Positions 18,043 to 26,696 of a DNA stretch of 64,000 bases are shown in pieces. Positions within the stretch are counted from its first letter, which is position 1. The number at the start of each line of letters is the position of its first letter. This DNA is from Spirochaetaceae bacterium UBA1318. GTDB lineage: Bacteria > Spirochaetota > Spirochaetia > Treponematales > UBA1318. Under the pieces are notes generated by a model that made no database searches, was not told where the DNA came from, and was given only the letters and a program-made list of their open reading frames with translations. The stretch spans positions 723 through 64,722 of the forward strand of contig DBTK01000131.1 of the NCBI GenBank assembly GCA_002307015.1, written 5' to 3'. Position numbers and translations under genes: made by a program.

Positions 18043-18066
18043 CGATCAAGGTAGATGAAATCACGC
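18031..18066. repeat. Perfect 13-bp inverted repeat with 10-nt spacer
   Basis: GCGTGATTTCATC (18031-18043) and GATGAAATCACGC (18054-18066) are exact reverse complements. The repeat lies just upstream of the AAA-ATPase start and 51 nt upstream of the next GT4 gene. Confidence 0.9.
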
Positions 18067-18116
18067 AAAATACATCTATTTTGGAAGAATCAAGTTCATG
18101 TAAAAGGAAAACAGCT

Positions 18117-19331
18117 ATGCGCGTCGCGATGATCGTCAACGCCTTTCCCGAGATCTCCCAGAAATTCATCCTGAACCAGGTGACGGGGCTCCTCGACGCC
18201 GGGGTCGAGGTGGACGTCTACGCGGCCATGAAGCCCAAGGAGGCCAAAAGCCACGAGATCGCCGAGCGCTACGGACTCGCCGCCCGGACGACCTACGCGA
18301 ACGTACCCCGTTCCTCAATGGCCCGCGTCCTCGGACTGCCGGGCCTTTTTTTTCGCCAATTTTTCGCCCATCCCGGGGCCGCCTTGAGGGCGTTTCGGTA
18401 CGGCCGCTACGGAACCGCCTCGAGGAACCTGAAGACCCTGTATTTCCTCGAGGCCTTCGGGGACTCCCGGTACGACGTCATCCACTGCCAGTTCGGCCCT
18501 AACGGCCTCGTCGGCGCCTTTCTCAAGGACTGCGGGATAGCCGGCCGCCTCGTCGTGACCTTCCACGGCTCCGACATAACCACCTACCCTTCGCGGTACG
18601 GCGAGGGGATCTACCGGGTCATGTACGACAGGGCCGATGCGGTGACGTCGGGAACCTCGTTCACCAAGGCGAAGCTCACGGCGAACAGCTGCCCGGAAAC
18701 GAAGATCACCGTAATTCCCGTCGGCGTGAGGATGGACGAGTACGCCGAGACCGATTTCGCCTCGCGGGAGCCGTTTTCGATCCTGTCGGTGGGTCGTCTC
18801 GTCGAGGTGAAGGGCTACCGCTGGGCGATTGAGGCCTTCGCGAAGGTTCACGAGCGCTTTCCCCGTGCCGAATACCTGATCGTCGGCGACGGGGGACTCA
18901 AGGCTTCTCTCGAGGCGCTCGCCGGCGAGCTCGGCGTCGCCGGCTCGGTGAGGTTTCTCGGCGCGATGAGGGATACGGAGGTCGCCGCCCTCTACCGCAC
19001 AGCCTCGGTCTTCGTGCTGCCGAGCGTTATCGCCTCAGACGGCGCCGAGGAGGGACAGGGCCTCGTGCTCCAGGAGGCCCAGGCCTGCGGCCTTCCCGTC
19101 GTTTCCACCCGCATCGGGGGGATTCCCGAGGGCGTGATCGAGGGCGAAACCGGCTTCATCGTGGCCCAGAAGGACCCTGCCGCCATGGCCGAGCGCATCT
19201 GCCTCCTCCTCGGGAATCCGGAACTCCGCAAGCAGATGGGCGTTGCAGGACGGGCCTTCGCGTCCGCTCGCTACGACGTGCCCGTGCTGACGAAAAAGCT
19301 TATCGAGCTGTATGGGCGGGTCGTTTCCTGA
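18117..19331 (+). CDS. GT4-family glycosyltransferase (WcaL-like)
   Basis: Start MRVAMIVNAFPEISQKFILNQ, preceded by AAAAGGAAA. C-terminal motif FVLPSVIASDGAEEGQGLVLQEAQACGLPVVSTRIGGIPEGV. Confidence 0.85.
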   Translation: MRVAMIVNAFPEISQKFILNQVTGLLDAGVEVDVYAAMKPKEAKSHEIAERYGLAARTTYANVPRSSMARVLGLPGLFFRQFFAHPGAALRAFRYGRYGTASRNLKTLYFLEAFGDSRYDVIHCQFGPNGLVGAFLKDCGIAGRLVVTFHGSDITTYPSRYGEGIYRVMYDRADAVTSGTSFTKAKLTANSCPETKITVIPVGVRMDEYAETDFASREPFSILSVGRLVEVKGYRWAIEAFAKVHERFPRAEYLIVGDGGLKASLEALAGELGVAGSVRFLGAMRDTEVAALYRTASVFVLPSVIASDGAEEGQGLVLQEAQACGLPVVSTRIGGIPEGVIEGETGFIVAQKDPAAMAERICLLLGNPELRKQMGVAGRAFASARYDVPVLTKKLIELYGRVVS

Positions 19332-19454
19332 CTGGTAGGCACAATCGGTCTTGTTATTTATGTGACAGGACGCTAGTATCACTTTGTTTGAACCGAGGTG
19401 TTGAATAAATATCAATTAGAAAGGTACGATGAGGTTTGTTCCTTTTAGGGGATT

Positions 19455-21359
19455 ATGCAAAAAATAAGATATCGATCACTATCAAATCCATTAGCACTTA
19501 TGGACGATTCACCTCAGATCGAACGAATCATGACAATAGCCGCTGTTGTTACGCTATTGGCTGTCCCCATTCTGGAAACATTTCGCAGCCTCGACCTCAC
19601 GGATACTGGTTTCATCCTCACGAACCAGCGTTTTATTTTCACGCACCCTGAGAGCGTATCGTATTGGTTCCACCTCTGGCTCACCAATGTTGTCGGGGGA
19701 ATCATCGATTTGCTATTTGGCTCTTTCGGAATAATAGCTCACAAGATTGCGGGAACCTTTATCTTTTGGGGAACGATGGCGGCCGCCTTCTTTCTCTATA
19801 AGAACAGAGTAAAAACCTCGTTTATTCTGATCGCGCTCGCCGCATCCTGCTCCTTCAATTTTATATTCAAGATCAATATCGTCCATTACGATAACCTTTC
19901 CGCTCTACTCTATGTTGTCGGCGCTGCGATCTTCGCCTCGGCGACGTTGTATCGGAATAGTCGAACGTTCTTGCTTGCCGGTTTTGTGCTTGGTCTGAAT
20001 GTTTTCGCCCGTATACCGAATGTCATTGGGCTCGTTATTGTTTTTGTACCGTGTATAATAGATCTCTTCCATCGCGGTTCTGACATGAAACTGAGGCTTG
20101 GTCTCCGCGAGTACGCATGGTTCGCCGCTGGCGTCGCAGGCGCCGTCTGTGCCGTTCTGCTTGCAATGCTCGCCCTTGGCCACCTGCAGCTGTTCGTCAA
20201 TTCCCTGAAACAGCTGTTCTCGCTCTCTCTCTTCGAGACAAGAGGCCATAATATTGACAGGAGTGCCTATCACTCTTTCGATCTGATACGCTGGCCAATC
20301 AAGGATACGATCTACGCGCTATTCTCGGGTTTTGCATTCGCTCTTCTTCTCGGGGCGCTATCAGCCATTGTCTCACCCCTTGGCAGGAGAAGAATACTCG
20401 TTGCGGCGGTTCTCGTCGCCATGGCTGTTCTTGTTTTCTTTGCCATGGGCCCTTTCATGGCGTCCTTGCCGAGGCACACAGAATCAAAACTACAGTTCCT
20501 TTACCGTGCGGTAGCCGGGCTCTGTTATTGGGCAGTTGCATGGATACTCGTCGATCCCCGGTTCGATCGAACTCTGAAACTAACCGCAGTCATCTCCGTG
20601 TTCCTCTCTCTTGCGCTAAACATCGGGTCGAATACAAAGATTGAGGTCTCCACCTATGTCTTCCCGGTCATGTTTCCTTCTCTCCTCGTCGCGGCAAAAA
20701 CCCTCGGCGAAATAGCGAAAATCAACGATTACAGACCCTTGAAAGCCCTTGCTCTTTGCGTTATCGCGGTCTTTGCAGGAATATCCGGTTTCTGTCTCGA
20801 ACACTTCGTATATCGAGATACGCCATCCATGCGGTATATGGCGACCAATTCGCAGATCCGGGGTGTTTACACGACAAAGTCCCGTGCAAAAAACCTGGAT
20901 GAATTACTTTCAGTCCTCTCGACGTACACGAAAGCGGGAGATGAGCTATTTGTTTGTGATGGGAGCAACCTCATCAACTTCGCCGCGAGAACAAGGCCCT
21001 ATTTGGGGACTGCCTGGCCTTCCATGTATGCGCCACGATATCTCGACATGCGTCTGAGAGTAGCGGAAACCCACGGGGTCCTCCCTACCGTTGTCAGATC
21101 GCGTATAGTGCCTCGACATAAGGCATGGGCTCCCCCGCCATACTCTCAAACCAGGGATTCCATGGGGTCAAGGGACCCAATAAACGATTTTCTCGATAGA
21201 AACTCATATCGGGAGGTTTGGCGAAACTCGGGTTACATCATCTACGTTTCGCAGTCTGCTGGTCCATTGTACAATCCCCCGCTCAGAAAAAATGGAGCGG
21301 ATTCTGTCATTCTTCGTACTACCGTTGATAACGACGATGATGATAATGATTATTCATAG
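19455..21359 (+). CDS. Polytopic membrane protein, GT-C-like (ArnT/Gtr-type glycosyltransferase candidate); start uncertain
   Basis: 634 aa with about a dozen hydrophobic helices, then a soluble tail of about 170 aa. An acidic motif (LDLTDTG) follows the first helix, as in GT-C enzymes. The protein ends in DNDDDDNDYS. Low G+C and AT-rich codons. Confidence 0.5.
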   Translation: MQKIRYRSLSNPLALMDDSPQIERIMTIAAVVTLLAVPILETFRSLDLTDTGFILTNQRFIFTHPESVSYWFHLWLTNVVGGIIDLLFGSFGIIAHKIAGTFIFWGTMAAAFFLYKNRVKTSFILIALAASCSFNFIFKINIVHYDNLSALLYVVGAAIFASATLYRNSRTFLLAGFVLGLNVFARIPNVIGLVIVFVPCIIDLFHRGSDMKLRLGLREYAWFAAGVAGAVCAVLLAMLALGHLQLFVNSLKQLFSLSLFETRGHNIDRSAYHSFDLIRWPIKDTIYALFSGFAFALLLGALSAIVSPLGRRRILVAAVLVAMAVLVFFAMGPFMASLPRHTESKLQFLYRAVAGLCYWAVAWILVDPRFDRTLKLTAVISVFLSLALNIGSNTKIEVSTYVFPVMFPSLLVAAKTLGEIAKINDYRPLKALALCVIAVFAGISGFCLEHFVYRDTPSMRYMATNSQIRGVYTTKSRAKNLDELLSVLSTYTKAGDELFVCDGSNLINFAARTRPYLGTAWPSMYAPRYLDMRLRVAETHGVLPTVVRSRIVPRHKAWAPPPYSQTRDSMGSRDPINDFLDRNSYREVWRNSGYIIYVSQSAGPLYNPPLRKNGADSVILRTTVDNDDDDNDYS

Positions 21360-21569
21360 GACGAGATCCAACTCAAATCGGTGAGTTTAGGGTGATAACT
21401 GACGGGAAACGAGCGTGTGCGTCCAAGACTGGCTCCACATTATCCTGTGTCACAGAGAAGAGAAGCCTTTTTGGCTTCCGTGCACGGGATCGCTTGTCGA
21501 GTTGACAGCGATTAAAATCTCTGGCGGTCCATGACAAACGCAAGATACCGGACAACAATGGGGTAATAC

Positions 21570-22496
21570 ATGAAACTGTCGGTTTGCATTCCGGTATATA
21601 ACGGCGAAAAAACAATAGGCCCGCTTGTGGCTGAAGTGATTGACCTGTATAAATCATATGATCTTGAAATAGTTTTAGTGAATGACGGCAGTTCCGACAA
21701 TAGTGAGACTGTTTGCGAGTCGTTGGCTGAAAAATATCCGCAGGTTGTCGCGATCTCTTTAAGAAGAAATTATGGCGAACATAACGCGGTAATGTGTGCG
21801 TTGAAACACTGTTCGGGTGATTACGCCGCGATCATCGATGACGATTTTCAGAATCCTCCTCGGGAAATATTGAAATTGTTATCTGAAGCTAAAAAAGATT
21901 ATGATGTTGTCTATGCGAAATATCGTAAAAAGAGACATAGCTTTTTCAGAAATTTAGGTAGTTGGCTTAACGATGTTATTGCAACCTTTCTGCTTCGAAA
22001 GCCGAAGAGTCTTTATTTATGTTCTTTTAAGCTTATTAACCGTCCAGTGATTAATGAAGTCGTAAAATATACCGGTCCATTCCCCTATATTGATGGCCTT
22101 GTTTTGCGCGTAACAGCCAATATTGGTTCCGTTTATGTCGACCACCAAGCACGACAGGAGGGGGAATCAACCTACACAATAGGAAAGCTTGTTTCATTGT
22201 GGTTGAATATGTTTATTAATTTTTCCATTCGTCCCATGCGCATTATCAGCATTATCGGGCTACTCACATCGTTTATCAGTTTTGTTCTGGCGATTATCTT
22301 TTTAATCGATAAGGTCATTCATCCTGAAATCCCGGCTGGATGGGCTTCTTTGGCTCTTCTTGTCTTATTTATAGGGGGAATTCAAACATTATCCCTTGGG
22401 GTTATCGGGGAGTATGTTGGGAAAAATTATCTTGATAGAAACGGTACTCCGCAATGGGTTGTTAAATGGGTGAAAAAATATCAAAACGCACAATAA
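21570..22496 (+). CDS. GT2 polyprenyl-phosphate glycosyltransferase (GtrB/ArnC-like)
   Basis: LSVCIPVYNGEKTI, VLVNDGSSDNS and IIDDDFQNPP (DXD), plus two C-terminal TM helices. This is the typical GtrB/ArnC architecture. Confidence 0.85.
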   Translation: MKLSVCIPVYNGEKTIGPLVAEVIDLYKSYDLEIVLVNDGSSDNSETVCESLAEKYPQVVAISLRRNYGEHNAVMCALKHCSGDYAAIIDDDFQNPPREILKLLSEAKKDYDVVYAKYRKKRHSFFRNLGSWLNDVIATFLLRKPKSLYLCSFKLINRPVINEVVKYTGPFPYIDGLVLRVTANIGSVYVDHQARQEGESTYTIGKLVSLWLNMFINFSIRPMRIISIIGLLTSFISFVLAIIFLIDKVIHPEIPAGWASLALLVLFIGGIQTLSLGVIGEYVGKNYLDRNGTPQWVVKWVKKYQNAQ

Positions 22497-22885
22497 AGGA
22501 GCTATTCTCTTTTTATTGTATTGGAATTGTTAATACCGCGCTAACTTACGGCATTTACGCTGGTCTTGTGTATCTCGGTATTTATCACCAACTAGCGTTG
22601 ATCGCTGACTATGCGTTTGGCATTGTGTTTAGTTATTTTTTCAATAAACATATTACCTTTGGCATCGTTTCTCGTACGAATTTCTTCATGATGTTCCGGA
22701 TGGTCATTTCATATGTTCCCATTCTTTTCATAAATATGGCTCTTTTGTGGGTTCTTGTTGACAAAAACAAGGCCAACAAGTATGTAAGCCAAATCGTATC
22801 TTTAGTTGTATGCGCAATTCTGTCGTTCGTTGTACAGAAGTTATTTGTATTCAACATCCACAGCCGGGATAAACATGGCGTATAA
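22466..22885 (+). CDS. GtrA-family small membrane protein
   Basis: 139 aa with four hydrophobic helices. N-terminal FSFYCIGIVNTALTYGIY and FSYFFNKHITF fit GtrA-like proteins. It overlaps the GT2 gene by 31 nt. Confidence 0.75.
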   Translation: MGEKISKRTIKELFSFYCIGIVNTALTYGIYAGLVYLGIYHQLALIADYAFGIVFSYFFNKHITFGIVSRTNFFMMFRMVISYVPILFINMALLWVLVDKNKANKYVSQIVSLVVCAILSFVVQKLFVFNIHSRDKHGV

Positions 22886-23237
22886 AATCACCCTTCAAAC
22901 CAATATCGATGAGCGCGGGCATTTAACGGTTATTGATCATGTTTTGCCATTTCCGATTTTACGGGTCTATTATATTTATAACAGTTCAAATATGCCGAGA
23001 GGGGGACATCGCCATCATAAAACGATCCAGGGACTTGTCTGTGTTCATGGGTCCTGCCGTGTAGACTGGACAAATGGACAGGAATCAGAAAGCGTTTTAT
23101 TGGACAACCCTCGAGAGATACTAATAGTATTCCCTGAGGATTGGCATTGTATGAAGGATTTCTTTTCTGATGCGGTTTTGCTTGTTCTTGCCAGTGAGCA
23201 TTATGACCCCGATGACTATATCGATGAAGGATATTAG
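22875..23237 (+). CDS. Sugar 3,4-ketoisomerase, FdtA/WxcM-like cupin
   Basis: Start MAYKITL at ATG 22875. [22 protein letters not shown]...RGGHRHHK matches the FdtA cupin pattern. At 120 aa it is the isomerase domain only, with no acetyltransferase domain. Confidence 0.8.
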   Translation: MAYKITLQTNIDERGHLTVIDHVLPFPILRVYYIYNSSNMPRGGHRHHKTIQGLVCVHGSCRVDWTNGQESESVLLDNPREILIVFPEDWHCMKDFFSDAVLLVLASEHYDPDDYIDEGY

Positions 23238-23239
23238 AA

Positions 23240-24325
23240 ATGATCGAGTATGAAAATCTGAGGAAGGCCAACGCGCCCTTTTATGCGGAATATAAAGAAG
23301 CTTTTTCACGTATTCTCGAAAAGGGATGGTTTGTCTTAGGTGATGAAGTCGCTCGTTTTGAGGAAGAATTCGCCAGATATTGCGGCGTCAAATATTGTGT
23401 CGGTGTTGCGAATGGACTGGATGCGCTTGTCTTGTCATTGAAATCCCTCAATCTTCTCGCTGGTGGAGAGGTTCTCGTACCTTCTAATACATACATAGCG
23501 ACAATCTTGTCCATTGTGCAGGCTGGGCTGATACCGGTTCCTGTTGAACCAGATATTAGAACTTATAATATCGATCCAACCCTAATCGAGGAAAAGATAA
23601 CTAAAAAAACCTGTGCGATAATGGTTGTGCACTTGTACGGAAAAGCGTGCACGATGGGACCAATTCTCGATATATGCGACCGACATCAATTAAGGCTTGT
23701 AGAGGATTGTGCGCAAGCGCACGGAGCCCTGTACAAAGGGCAGAAGGTCGGTAGTTTTGGCGATTTGGGCGCCTTCAGTTTTTATCCAACAAAGAATCTT
23801 GGCTGCCTTGGTGACGGCGGCGCCGTAACGACAAACAATGAGGAATATGCAAATACGGTTAGGATTCTCAGAAATTATGGCTCCAAAGAAAAATATCATA
23901 ATGAAATGATCGGGTATAATTCCAGACTGGATGAACTACAGGCGGCTTTTTTACGAGTGAAACTGAATCACCTTGAAGAGATCAATACGTATAAACGGAA
24001 ACTGGCGGCGCTATACAGGGAAAATATCGGGCGTGAATATATTCTACCGATTGAAGAGGACGGGTATTATGACGTATATCACATATTTAATGTCAGATGC
24101 TCCCGCAGGAATGAATTAAAGCAGTATCTACTGAAAAACGACATTAAGACCGATATACATTATCCCGTTTCTCCAAATAAGCAGCCTGCATTACGGGGAA
24201 TTATGGATGAAGCATGTCCAATTTCTGAAGAAATTCATAATACCATTTTAAGTCTTCCTATTTCGTTTTATCATACCGAAGACGATATATTGCGCGTATG
24301 TTCGGTATTAAACAAGTTTTCTTGA
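23240..24325 (+). CDS. DegT/DnrJ/EryC1-family sugar aminotransferase (FdtB/WecE-like)
   Basis: 361 aa with [38 protein letters not shown] and [18 protein letters not shown] (PLP lysine). Confidence 0.9.
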   Translation: MIEYENLRKANAPFYAEYKEAFSRILEKGWFVLGDEVARFEEEFARYCGVKYCVGVANGLDALVLSLKSLNLLAGGEVLVPSNTYIATILSIVQAGLIPVPVEPDIRTYNIDPTLIEEKITKKTCAIMVVHLYGKACTMGPILDICDRHQLRLVEDCAQAHGALYKGQKVGSFGDLGAFSFYPTKNLGCLGDGGAVTTNNEEYANTVRILRNYGSKEKYHNEMIGYNSRLDELQAAFLRVKLNHLEEINTYKRKLAALYRENIGREYILPIEEDGYYDVYHIFNVRCSRRNELKQYLLKNDIKTDIHYPVSPNKQPALRGIMDEACPISEEIHNTILSLPISFYHTEDDILRVCSVLNKFS

Positions 24326-24450
24326 CATCGAGGACCTACTGGTCACCAGGGATTCCGCCAAGCTTGGCCAAGTCGGCCCATCCGATGTACGTATGCATGA
24401 AGTCAAGTTTGTCAGCCGAGTAGCATAAATACGCTTCGGTGCCGATGGCG

Positions 24451-25581
24451 CTAAACCCGTTTTCCCTTTTCCGCGCAGAGCTCCGCGTAGATCCCGATGA
24501 GCTTTCGCGCGCTTTCCTTCCAGGAGTAGAGCTTCACCCGCTCCAGGCCCTTCGCCCTGAGTTCGGCCGCGAGGTCCTGATTCGTGAGGACGCGGGCCAT
24601 CGCCTCGGCGAGGGCGGAGGAGTCCATGGGATCCTGCACCACGACTGCGGCGTCCCCGACGATCTCGGGCACGGCGAAGGCCGCCGAGGTCACGACGGGA
24701 CAGCCGCAGGCCATGGCCTCGACGTTCGGCATGCCGAAACCCTCCGCGAGCGAGGGAAAGACGAAGAGGTCGGCCGCGTTCAGGAACTGGACGAGGTCGT
24801 TCTCGGCGACGAAGCCCGGAGTTATGAGGCGATCGGCGATGCCGAGCTCAACCGCCCGCTTTTTCACCTGTTCGCCGTCCCAGCCTCCGCCTGCGCACAC
24901 GAGGCTCTGCTTGATCGAGCCGGATTCGACGAGGCTGGCGTAGGCGTTGAGCAGGGTCCAGGGGTTCTTGCGCTCGGAAAAGCGGCTGACGTGGAAGATG
25001 AAGGGGCCCTTCACGCCGAAGCGCTCGGGCGCGGCGACCTCGGAGGGTGGAAGGACTCGGTAGGCCGGGCCGAGGCCGTTGTAGGCGACGATTATCCTCT
25101 CAGCCGGGACGCGGAAGTTGTCGACGAAGTATTTCTTGCTCGTTTCGGAGACGGTGAGGATGCGGTCCATCCTCCTCGCGTAGTTCGGGACGACCAGCCT
25201 TTCGTGGGCGAGCTCGAGCTGGCCGAAGAACTGGGGTATCAGGAGCTGCTCGGCCCCGTGCATGGTCGCCATCCTCTTCGCCCTCACGTTCCAGAGCGGC
25301 GCGTAGATGGTGAGCGGCGCGTAGTGGAGGACGTCGAAGCCCTCCCGGCGCAGGATGGTCGAGGCCGCGATCGGGTTCCGGGGAATGATGAGTTCCCTCG
25401 CCCTGCCGTAGACCGGGTTCTCGCTTTTCGCGTAATGGATAAAGGTAAAGTCGAACCGGCCCTCGTTTTGGTCGAGGACCGAACGCATCATTTCGTCCAT
25501 ATGATGGCCCGATCCTGATTTCCAGTTGTCGAGGGCCTTGGTGAAGACGCCGATGCGGGGAAGGGAGCTCTTGTCATCCAT
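24451..25581 (-). CDS. GT4-family glycosyltransferase
   Basis: 376 aa with FVFPSLAEGFGMPNVEAMACGCPVVTS. It is the only minus-strand biosynthetic glycosyltransferase in the locus. Confidence 0.85.
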   Translation of the reverse strand: MDDKSSLPRIGVFTKALDNWKSGSGHHMDEMMRSVLDQNEGRFDFTFIHYAKSENPVYGRARELIIPRNPIAASTILRREGFDVLHYAPLTIYAPLWNVRAKRMATMHGAEQLLIPQFFGQLELAHERLVVPNYARRMDRILTVSETSKKYFVDNFRVPAERIIVAYNGLGPAYRVLPPSEVAAPERFGVKGPFIFHVSRFSERKNPWTLLNAYASLVESGSIKQSLVCAGGGWDGEQVKKRAVELGIADRLITPGFVAENDLVQFLNAADLFVFPSLAEGFGMPNVEAMACGCPVVTSAAFAVPEIVGDAAVVVQDPMDSSALAEAMARVLTNQDLAAELRAKGLERVKLYSWKESARKLIGIYAELCAEKGKRV

Positions 25582-25609
25582 TCGGACATCCTATACGATC
25601 GGGTTAGCC

Positions 25610-26680
25610 ATGGGCAAGATCACCGTTCTAAGCATCGTAGACCGCATTTCCTGCTTCCACTCCCTGAAGCCCTTCCTCTTTTCCCGCGATCCGGGGCGTT
25701 TCACCTTCACCGATTCGGTCGAATGGTGCCTGGAGGAGGACACGAACGACGTCCTCGTGATGGTCAGGCAGTTCATCAAGCCTGACCGGGTCGACCTCGA
25801 ACTCATGAAGAAGCTGCGCGGGAAGTACTCGCGCATCGCCTTCTTCCACGACGACGCGGGCGGGGGAATTCCCCGGCTCGAGGTCCTGCCTTTCGTCGAC
25901 CTGTTCTATTCGAAGGCCCTGTTCCGGGATCGTTCGCTCTACGCCCGGCCGCTCTACGGCAAGGAACTCTACTCGGACTACTACCACGTGAAATACGGCA
26001 TCGTCGATCCCGATCACCGCGAGAGGCCGACGGAGTCGAGGCCGGGCGAGCTGGCCAAGCTCAGGCTTTCGTGGAACATCGGCGTGGGAGACTATCCCCG
26101 GGGAAAGCTCCGCCAACGTGTCGGGGTTGCGGCCTCGATGGTCCGCGGCCTGCGCATGGCGAAGCTCTTTTACGGAAGGAACCGGCTTCCGGCCGATCCC
26201 GTATCGGCGAACGCGGGAACGATTCCCGTTCATGCCCGGATCGGATTGATCAGCCGACCATCGATCAGCCGCCAGCGCTCGCTGATCCTGGAAAGGATCG
26301 CGGGCGATTCCCGTTTCCTGACCGGTCCCGTGTCCCAGCGGGCCTACAATCGAGAGATTCTGAAGAGCCGCATCATCCTGAGCCCCTTCGGCTGGGGCGA
26401 GCTCTGCCTGCGGGACTTCGAGGCCGTGCTCTCGGGAGCCCTGCTCCTGAAACCCGACATGTCCCATCTCGAGACCTGGCCCGACGTTTTCCGTCCGGAC
26501 GATACCTACGTGCCCTTCGACTGGGACGCCTCGGACCTGGTCGAGAAGGTCGACCGTTGGCTCGGCGACGAGGAAGGACGGGCACGGATCGCGAGAAGGG
26601 CCTACGAGTCCTACCGCGACCAGCTCGCCGGCTGCGCTGAGCGTTTCGAAAGCATCGTCGCCGAGATCGTCGGCGGCTGA
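25610..26680 (+). CDS. Putative glycosyltransferase with CgeB/Glyco_trans_1_2-like C-terminal domain (paralog 2)
   Basis: Start MGKITVLS at 25610. It shares YSDYYHVKYG, LRLSWNIGVGDYP and LSPFGWGELCLRDFEAVLSGALLLKPDMSHLETWPDVF with 14095-15153. Confidence 0.5.
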   Translation: MGKITVLSIVDRISCFHSLKPFLFSRDPGRFTFTDSVEWCLEEDTNDVLVMVRQFIKPDRVDLELMKKLRGKYSRIAFFHDDAGGGIPRLEVLPFVDLFYSKALFRDRSLYARPLYGKELYSDYYHVKYGIVDPDHRERPTESRPGELAKLRLSWNIGVGDYPRGKLRQRVGVAASMVRGLRMAKLFYGRNRLPADPVSANAGTIPVHARIGLISRPSISRQRSLILERIAGDSRFLTGPVSQRAYNREILKSRIILSPFGWGELCLRDFEAVLSGALLLKPDMSHLETWPDVFRPDDTYVPFDWDASDLVEKVDRWLGDEEGRARIARRAYESYRDQLAGCAERFESIVAEIVGG

Positions 26681-26696
26681 TACCCAAGGAGTTCCC

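Noticed and set aside
21373-21657. A 94-aa minus-strand ORF in and around the 210-bp gap between the GT-C-like and GT2 genes. A small hairpin GAAGCC-TTTTT-GGCTTC lies at 21462-21478.
   Set aside because: The ORF overlaps the well-supported GT2 start and has no motif or ribosome-binding site. The hairpin stem is only 6 bp with no adjacent U-tract.
19332-24450. Mobile-element hallmarks (integrase, transposase, tRNA target, flanking direct repeats) at the borders of the low-GC island and of the 16.85-18.1 kb insertion.
   Set aside because: I found no such genes and no convincing direct repeats by eye in the junction sequences. The islands are therefore reported only as compositionally foreign, not as defined mobile elements.
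24336-24450. A possible C-terminal gene remnant on the minus strand (…YSADKLDFMHTYIGWADLAKLGGIPGDQ*) at the island's right junction.
   Set aside because: It is only about 40 codons, has no start context and resembles nothing I recognise. It cannot be distinguished from a chance open frame without a database search.
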